A DNA stretch of 38,403 bases from IMG/VR virus record IMGVR_UViG_3300045988_055586, positions 1 through 38,403 of that record, one strand, 5' to 3'. Below the pieces are notes generated by a model that did no database searches, was not told the DNA's origin, and saw only the letters and a list, made by a program, of their open reading frames with translations. The stretch comes from a virus. Both the position numbers and the translations under genes were made by a program. Below, piece by piece: positions 33,278-38,403 of the stretch (its first letter is position 1; each line of letters opens with the position of its first letter).

Positions 33278-33814
33278 ATGATCGAAGAAAAGGCCTTGTG
33301 CGCCGCCATGAAGGCGGCCTGGAGAGGCAGCGGCTATGAGGTGTACGCCACCGGCGACACACTGGTGATCACCACGAACGAGATGGGCGTGGAGATGGGA
33401 CGCAGGAATGTGAGCCGGAAGGTGCTGTCGCTGCTGGCGCTGCATCTGGGGGAGATACCCGACGGCACGGCTTACAGCGTAAAAAAGTCGGGAGCGCAGC
33501 AGGAGATGCTGGATGTGGCCATGGGGCACTGGGACGGTGTGCGCAACCGCGTGGAGAGCGCAGAGCGCCGCATCCTCCGGCGGACCCCTATGGACTGGAA
33601 GAACCGCGGCGTGTGGCAGGAGGATGAAACCGGGGCGGTACACGCTTTCGACCCGGCGCTATCGGACATCATTGAAGCGACGCCGGACGGAATTGAAATG
33701 GCCGACGGGCTGATGGTCTGCGACGATGGCGGCGGCCTGGCGGTCATATACCCGGCGGAGGGTGTGATGACGGACGCCGTGCGGGGCCTGCTGGAGCAGG
33801 TAACACTTACTTAA
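33278..33814 (+). CDS. Hypothetical protein
   Basis: AGGAGGAAAG upstream. 178 aa. Confidence 0.6.
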   Translation: MIEEKALCAAMKAAWRGSGYEVYATGDTLVITTNEMGVEMGRRNVSRKVLSLLALHLGEIPDGTAYSVKKSGAQQEMLDVAMGHWDGVRNRVESAERRILRRTPMDWKNRGVWQEDETGAVHAFDPALSDIIEATPDGIEMADGLMVCDDGGGLAVIYPAEGVMTDAVRGLLEQVTLT

Positions 33815-33926
33815 CGGGAGGACAAGCTGTTGGAAGCCTTTGGAATTATTTGCTCGGTGCTGGGTGCCGGCACCATCGCGCACCTCTTTATGAGGCTTGT
33901 GGAAAAAGTAGATGGGGGGGTAGGGC

Positions 33927-34517
33927 ATGAGCTGGGCCATGACGGACGGCGAGATCGCGTCCATGTGGAGGACCTGCAAGGACCGAAATGAACAGGTGAA
34001 CATCCTGGCGGACCTGAATGTGAAGTCCAGGGTCGAGATGCTGGGAAAGCTCCGGGAGCTGGGCTGCGACCTGCGGGGCGTGCGGACGGGCTCCTACGGA
34101 GGCGGCGCGCCCAGGAAGCCGCCCATAGACGAGCTGCGGGCCATGCAGCTGTATAGAGACGGCCTGGACGACCTGAGCATTGCCGAGGCGCTGGGGGAGA
34201 GCAAAAAGCGCGTGGCCGACTGGCGCAAGCGCATGAAGATGAAGCCCAACCGGGACACGAAAATGAAAGACGCTCCGGCGGAGGAGCCGGAGCGGAAAGA
34301 GGAGACTATGGAACCTGTGAAGAAAACAGAAACATCCCCAAGAGTGGGTATGAGCGCCGGGGCGCTGCGGGAGATCCCGGAGGGACTGTGCCGGGGCTAT
34401 GACGGCGGGAAAGTGGTAATTCGCTGCGTCGGTCAGGAGGTCCGGGAAGCGCTGGTGAGCGTAATGTATGCCGGGGACGGCAGCGTGGACAGCGTAGAGC
34501 TGGATTTAGGAGTTTAA
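33927..34517 (+). CDS. Putative DNA-binding protein with two HTH-like segments
   Basis: EQVNILADLNVKSRVEMLGKLRELG and LSIAEALGESKKRVADWRKR. Confidence 0.5.
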   Translation: MSWAMTDGEIASMWRTCKDRNEQVNILADLNVKSRVEMLGKLRELGCDLRGVRTGSYGGGAPRKPPIDELRAMQLYRDGLDDLSIAEALGESKKRVADWRKRMKMKPNRDTKMKDAPAEEPERKEETMEPVKKTETSPRVGMSAGALREIPEGLCRGYDGGKVVIRCVGQEVREALVSVMYAGDGSVDSVELDLGV

Positions 34518-34520
34518 CCT

Positions 34521-34862
34521 ATGGAAAAGAAAATAGAAGGAAACAGCGCCCGGAAGCGGAGATGGACGGCGAAGGAGATTCTGGAGCGGCTGATGCTGTG
34601 CGCGGATGACGACCACTGCGCGAGACACTGCAACGAGGAGCCGTGCGTGCTGGAGGATGTGGCATTTCTGCACAGCGTTGCGCGCACAATAGAGACGCAG
34701 CGGGCCGAAATTCGGGCCCAGAAACAGGCCAACGAGGGACACCGGGTAATGGTGGAAAAGCTCCGGGAGGAGCTGCAAAAGTCCAACGAGAGATACATGG
34801 AGCTTCGGAAGCGGACGCTGCAGGAGATTCAAAAGCTGCTGGAGGAAGGGGGAGAACCGTAA
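34521..34862 (+). CDS. Hypothetical coiled-coil protein
   Basis: 113 aa, heptad-rich C-terminus. Confidence 0.55.
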   Translation: MEKKIEGNSARKRRWTAKEILERLMLCADDDHCARHCNEEPCVLEDVAFLHSVARTIETQRAEIRAQKQANEGHRVMVEKLREELQKSNERYMELRKRTLQEIQKLLEEGGEP

Positions 34863-34864
34863 TC

Positions 34865-35020
34865 ATGGAATATTCGGATGCCCTGGATGAACTGATGGAG
34901 GACATATGCGACAAGTGCAGGTATCCAATGGCAATAGAGGAGGACGGCCAGGAGCAGCTGGACGGTATCTGCGCCGGATGCACCATCCGGGAAGAGATCG
35001 AGAACCTAATGAACCAATAA
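34865..35020 (+). CDS. Hypothetical small Cys-rich protein
   Basis: 51 aa, CDKCRYP...CAGC. Confidence 0.45.
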   Translation: MEYSDALDELMEDICDKCRYPMAIEEDGQEQLDGICAGCTIREEIENLMNQ

Positions 35021-35126
35021 GAAAAGCCCCAGCGGAGTACCACCTCCACCGGGGCAAAGAGATAAGCAGAAATCAAATCTCTACGCTGACAGTATAGCAC
35101 AGCGCGGAGGGAAAGGCAAGGGAAAT

Positions 35127-35237
35127 ATGAACGAGTTTACAGGCCAGGCGCTGGAGCGGCTGGGGAGAGAATATAGCACCGTGAAAGGGCAAAAGGCCGG
35201 AGCTATGAAAGAGGGCGTGCGGGAGGGCAAGAAATGA
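35127..35237 (+). CDS. Hypothetical 36-aa protein
   Basis: GGAGGGAAAGG upstream. The stop overlaps the MTase ATG (ATGA). Confidence 0.3.
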   Translation: MNEFTGQALERLGREYSTVKGQKAGAMKEGVREGKK

Positions 35238-36046
35238 CTGCGAAACTGTATCACGATAATTTCCAAAATTACAAGAAATACGGAATACCAAAAGCCCAGC
35301 TTGTGATTGCGGATATACCCTACAATATCGGCGCAAATGCCTATGGAAGTAACCCCATGTGGTATAACGGCGGGGACAATGCCAACGGGGAGAGCAAATT
35401 TGCCAAAAAGTCGTTTTTTAATTCCGACGGATATTTTAAGATCGCGGAGTATATGCACTTTTGCTCCCGGCTGTTGAAACCGGAGCCGAAGCAAAAAGGG
35501 AAAGCTCCGGCGATGATCGTATTTTGCGCATTTGATCAAATCCAAACGGTGGCGGAGTACGGCGCACGGTATGGATTCAAAAACTGGTATCCCGTTTTCT
35601 TCTGCAAAAACTATTCTGCCCAGGTACTTAAAGCAAATATGCGTATTGTTGGCGCCACTGAATTTGCCGTGGTTCTTTACCGGGACAAGCTGCCTAAATT
35701 TAACAACGGGCGTGAGCTGGACGAGAACGGAAAAGCTATTCGCGGAACCGGTAAGATGGTGTTTGACTGGTTTCAGTGGGAGCGGGATGGAAAGGATATT
35801 CCCAAAATCCACCCCACGCAAAAGCCGGTGAAGGTTTTGAAGCGACTTATCGAAATATTTACCGATCCGGGGGATGTGGTAATTGACCCGTGCGCCGGTT
35901 CCGGGGCGACGCTTCGGGCGGCGGAAGAGATGGGGCGGAAAGCATACGGCTTTGAAATTGATCGGAATTTTTGCCGCTTGGCAAATGAAAAAATGCTTGT
36001 GACCCGGGAAGATGGACAAATTTCTATGCTGGGGGTGCAAGGATGA
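35234..36046 (+). CDS. Beta-class DNA amino-methyltransferase (N6-adenine or N4-cytosine)
   Basis: Motif IV VIADIPYNIG precedes motif I HPTQKPVKVLKRLIEIFTDPGDVVIDPCAGSGAT. Confidence 0.85.
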   Translation: MTAKLYHDNFQNYKKYGIPKAQLVIADIPYNIGANAYGSNPMWYNGGDNANGESKFAKKSFFNSDGYFKIAEYMHFCSRLLKPEPKQKGKAPAMIVFCAFDQIQTVAEYGARYGFKNWYPVFFCKNYSAQVLKANMRIVGATEFAVVLYRDKLPKFNNGRELDENGKAIRGTGKMVFDWFQWERDGKDIPKIHPTQKPVKVLKRLIEIFTDPGDVVIDPCAGSGATLRAAEEMGRKAYGFEIDRNFCRLANEKMLVTREDGQISMLGVQG

Positions 36047-37938
36047 TATTTGCGCAGGAGACGATGACGGAGGAGATTATCGTCGACAACTTTGCCGGTG
36101 GCGGCGGTGCGTCTACCGGAATTGAACTGGCTACCGGGAGACAGGTGGCGATTGCCATTAACCATGACCCGGATGCCATACTTATGCACCGCACGAACCA
36201 CCCTTATACGGAACACCTGCAGGCGTCTGTTTGGGATGTAGACCCTAAATCCGTATGCAGAGGCCGCCCCGTGGGTCTTGCGTGGTTTTCACCGGACTGC
36301 AAGCACTTCTCCAAGGCCAAGGGTGCGGCCTTGGTGGACCGCAAAATTCGCGGCCTTGCGTGGATCACGCTTCGCTGGGCAGCGGAGGTGCGGCCTCGAG
36401 TCATCATCCTGGAAAATGTAGAGGAATTTCAGACCTGGGGGCCTGTGCGTAAGGGCAAGCCAGTGAAGAAGCTGGCAGGAACGACTTTCCGGCGGTTTAT
36501 CAGACAGCTTGAGGCGCTGGGCTACACCGTGGAGTTCCGGGAATTGGTGGCGGCAGACTTCGGAGCGCCTACCTCCCGCAAGCGGTTTTACATGATTGCC
36601 CGCTGTGACGGCAAGCCCATCGTGTGGCCGAAGCCCACCCATAGCAAGACCGGCGCGGATGGACTGTCTAAGTGGCGCAGCGCGGCGGAGGTCATCGACT
36701 GGACGTTGCCGTGTCCGTCTGTATTCGCATCCAAGGCGGAGATCATGGAAAGGTACGGCCTGAAAGCTGTTCGGCCTCTGGCGAAGAACACCATGCGGCG
36801 GATAATACGGGGCGTGGACAAGTTCACCATCCGGAGCGGCAAGCCGTTCATCGTACAGCAGAAATTCCAGAACGCTGCGCAGAACATCGAAAAGCCATTG
36901 ACGACTGTTACGGCGGTAGGAGCGCATGAATTGTGCAAGCCGCTGCTGGCTCCCGTGACGGTGACCAACACCAGCAACAGCGTGGGGGCGACTGTCGGCG
37001 AACCGATGAACACGGTGAGAACCGGCGGCGGAGGCGGCCAGATGCTGGTGACGCCGTTCCTTGCGGAGTGCAACCACTCCGGCGGCGGACATATTGCGCC
37101 TGTGACAGATGCACACAAGACCATTACGGCAAAACACACCGGAGGTATCGTGGCGCCCACGCTGATTCAGTATCACGCGGAGAAGACGGAGAGCGTCCGT
37201 GCTTCCGGAGTGGGATCGCCCATCAACACCGTGGACGCGTCCAACCGCTACGGCCTGACCTGCGCCAGTTTGGTGGAGTATTACACCGGCGGCAGGCCGT
37301 TGGATATGGCAGACCCGATGCACACCGTTACAAGCCATGACCGGGAGGCGGTGGTAGCGGCACATATCGCTAAGTATTACGGCGGCGTGGTGGGTGAAAA
37401 GGCAGTGGAACCGTTGCCTACAGTAACAGCCATTGACCACAATGCGGTCTGTGCCGCACATGTTGTTAAGTTCAAGGGTAACGATCTGGGACATGGAGCA
37501 AAGGAACCGCTGCAGACCGTGACCGCAAGCGCCGGCGAGTTTGCCGTGTGCAAGGCACATCTGGCGAAGATACGAAGCGGTGATGATCTGGGCCACTGGC
37601 CAGAGATACGCGACCTTCTGAACGAGTTCTGCGGATACGCGCTGGCGGAGGACGAGGTGCTTCTGCTGAAGATCGGCAAAAACCTGTACTACATCGCGGA
37701 CATCGGGCTGCGGATGCTGTCACCCCGAGAGCTGTACAACGCTATGGGTTTTCCACCCGATTATATCATCGATCGGGACTATTTGGGGAACGAATACGGG
37801 CGAAGCAAGCAGGTGGCCCGTTGCGGCAATGCCGTGTGCCCACCGGTGGCGTCTGCGCTGGTGCGCGCAAACCTTCCGGAGTGGTGCGGAAAGAAAATTG
37901 CTACGATGGCAGAACTGTTGGAGGAATTAGCGGTATGA
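36043..37938 (+). CDS. DNA (cytosine-5)-methyltransferase with expanded seven-module variable region
   Basis: Motif I DNFAGGGGAS, IV FSPDCKHFSKAKG, VI ILENVEEF, VIII SRKRFYMIA, then RELYNAMGFPPDY and GNAVCPPVA. Seven P-x-x-T-V/I-T modules lie between 36892 and 37599. Confidence 0.85.
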   Translation: MIFAQETMTEEIIVDNFAGGGGASTGIELATGRQVAIAINHDPDAILMHRTNHPYTEHLQASVWDVDPKSVCRGRPVGLAWFSPDCKHFSKAKGAALVDRKIRGLAWITLRWAAEVRPRVIILENVEEFQTWGPVRKGKPVKKLAGTTFRRFIRQLEALGYTVEFRELVAADFGAPTSRKRFYMIARCDGKPIVWPKPTHSKTGADGLSKWRSAAEVIDWTLPCPSVFASKAEIMERYGLKAVRPLAKNTMRRIIRGVDKFTIRSGKPFIVQQKFQNAAQNIEKPLTTVTAVGAHELCKPLLAPVTVTNTSNSVGATVGEPMNTVRTGGGGGQMLVTPFLAECNHSGGGHIAPVTDAHKTITAKHTGGIVAPTLIQYHAEKTESVRASGVGSPINTVDASNRYGLTCASLVEYYTGGRPLDMADPMHTVTSHDREAVVAAHIAKYYGGVVGEKAVEPLPTVTAIDHNAVCAAHVVKFKGNDLGHGAKEPLQTVTASAGEFAVCKAHLAKIRSGDDLGHWPEIRDLLNEFCGYALAEDEVLLLKIGKNLYYIADIGLRMLSPRELYNAMGFPPDYIIDRDYLGNEYGRSKQVARCGNAVCPPVASALVRANLPEWCGKKIATMAELLEELAV

Positions 37939-38138
37939 AAAGCCCCTGCGTAAAAGATTGCCCGGACAGGCTCCCGTGCGGGGCCTGCCGGATGAGCTGC
38001 GAGGCGTTCCGGGCGTATGAGGCCCAGCGGCTGGAGGATGTACGAAGCCTGTCTGTGGGATCTCTGACTGCAGGGAAAAAGAGTATGTGCCGCGCGGATT
38101 GGAGAAGCACCCAGCGCGGGAAGAACCACAGACGATAG
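37935..38138 (+). CDS. Hypothetical small Cys-rich protein
   Basis: ATG overlaps the MTase stop. MKSPCVKDCPDRLPCGACRMSCEAF. Confidence 0.5.
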   Translation: MKSPCVKDCPDRLPCGACRMSCEAFRAYEAQRLEDVRSLSVGSLTAGKKSMCRADWRSTQRGKNHRR

Positions 38139-38148
38139 GAGGAAAATT

Positions 38149-38403
38149 ATGGATGCCGTAAAATTTTTGCAGGAACGGAATCGGATGTTTTTGAGCGGGG
38201 CGGCCACTCCGGGCATTGAGCTGGAGGATGATTTTGACCCGGTTAAAGTGGTTGAAATCATCGAAAGGTGGAGTGTGCAACACCCTCGCAGGACACGGCA
38301 AGATGTGTTTTTGGAGCAGTGGCCAAATGCGTATGTTAATGAGTCGGATGGTTTATTAGTAATCGGCCCCTGCGTTGTAGACGAAACGCAGAAGAAAAAA
38401 AAC
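38149..38403 (+). CDS. Junction-spanning small Cys-rich protein, 5' part (continues at nt 120 and stops at 191; 108 aa in total)
   Basis: AGGAGG 7 nt upstream of ATG 38149. Open to the window end. Translation is MDAVKFLQERN...VVDETQKKKN, then RRCGTKKENCYQCRQEYWMQEAK* from the window start. Confidence 0.7.
   Translation, partial: MDAVKFLQERNRMFLSGAATPGIELEDDFDPVKVVEIIERWSVQHPRRTRQDVFLEQWPNAYVNESDGLLVIGPCVVDETQKKKN
38285..38403. repeat. Terminal direct repeat, copy 2
   Basis: Identical by eye to 1-119. Confidence 0.95.

Larger units (their letters stand above)
1..38284. mobile_element. Complete tailed-phage genome, one unit length (window ends overlap by 119 bp)
   Basis: nt 1-119 = nt 38285-38403. 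An ORF starting at 38149 continues in frame through the junction to a stop at 191. Complete packaging/head/tail/lysis set plus early genes, with no flanking cellular backbone. Confidence 0.85.

Noticed and set aside
32321-33643. 440-aa minus-strand ORF
   Set aside because: It overlaps four compact + strand genes that each have their own RBS. Its composition is Pro/Arg/His/Ala-rich and not protein-like.
33830-33991. 53-codon TTG-initiated ORF with a hydrophobic N-terminus (LEAFGIICSVLGAGTIAHLF) after GGGAGGA
   Set aside because: It has a non-ATG start and overlaps the next gene (33927) by 65 nt in another frame. Slippage at the G7 tract (33911-33917) would not fuse the frames. It is kept only as a weak possibility.
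36289-37596. 435-aa minus-strand ORF
   Set aside because: It is antisense to the C5-methyltransferase, whose conserved motifs are unambiguous in the + frame.
1-38403. Search for tRNA, rRNA, CRISPR, integrase/recombinase, reverse transcriptase (DGR/retron) and CI/Cro-type lysogeny switch
   Set aside because: None was recognised by eye on either strand. A tRNAscan/Infernal and HMM run would be needed to make the negative result firm.

Overview
The window is one complete genome of a tailed dsDNA phage. Nt 1-119 are identical to nt 38285-38403, so the unit length is 38,284 bp, and an ORF starting at 38149 reads across the junction and stops at 191. Almost everything is on the + strand with tightly packed or overlapping (ATGA-type) gene boundaries. 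The layout is as follows. (i) 38149 through the junction to 3395: early genes, many of them small Cys-rich proteins, plus a Lar-like restriction-alleviation protein, a DUF4406-like protein and an HUH rolling-circle Rep preceded by a 300-bp highly structured non-coding region. (ii) 3489-4186: a leftward two-gene module (unknown protein plus Zn-ribbon/XRE HTH) driven by a perfect TTGACA-17-TATAAT promoter with a 14-bp palindrome in its spacer. (iii) 4409-16962: TerS, TerL, portal, Prp-type cysteine protease, scaffold, capsid and tail genes, in an order resembling P22-like podoviruses; no tail tube, sheath or tape-measure module is visible. (iv) 16973-25474: a single 2,833-aa polyvalent protein with a zincin HExxH domain and a SAM-methyltransferase domain, taking up about 22% of the genome. 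(v) 25760-29446: two paralogous fibre genes, holin and amidase endolysin. (vi) 29536-31117: an accessory operon of unknown function. (vii) 31141-32417: a cell-type sporulation fragment (cotJC stub, fused cotJA/cotJB, 3'-truncated cwlD) with a sigmaE-like promoter. (viii) 32441-38138: further early genes, including a beta-class amino-methyltransferase and a C5-cytosine methyltransferase with seven tandem target-recognition-like modules. I found no integrase, recombinase, tRNA, CRISPR array or reverse transcriptase. The high GC content, Gram-positive-type lysis genes and sporulation genes suggest a GC-rich spore-forming Clostridia host; that is inference only. All homology calls come from reading motifs by eye, since no database search was possible.
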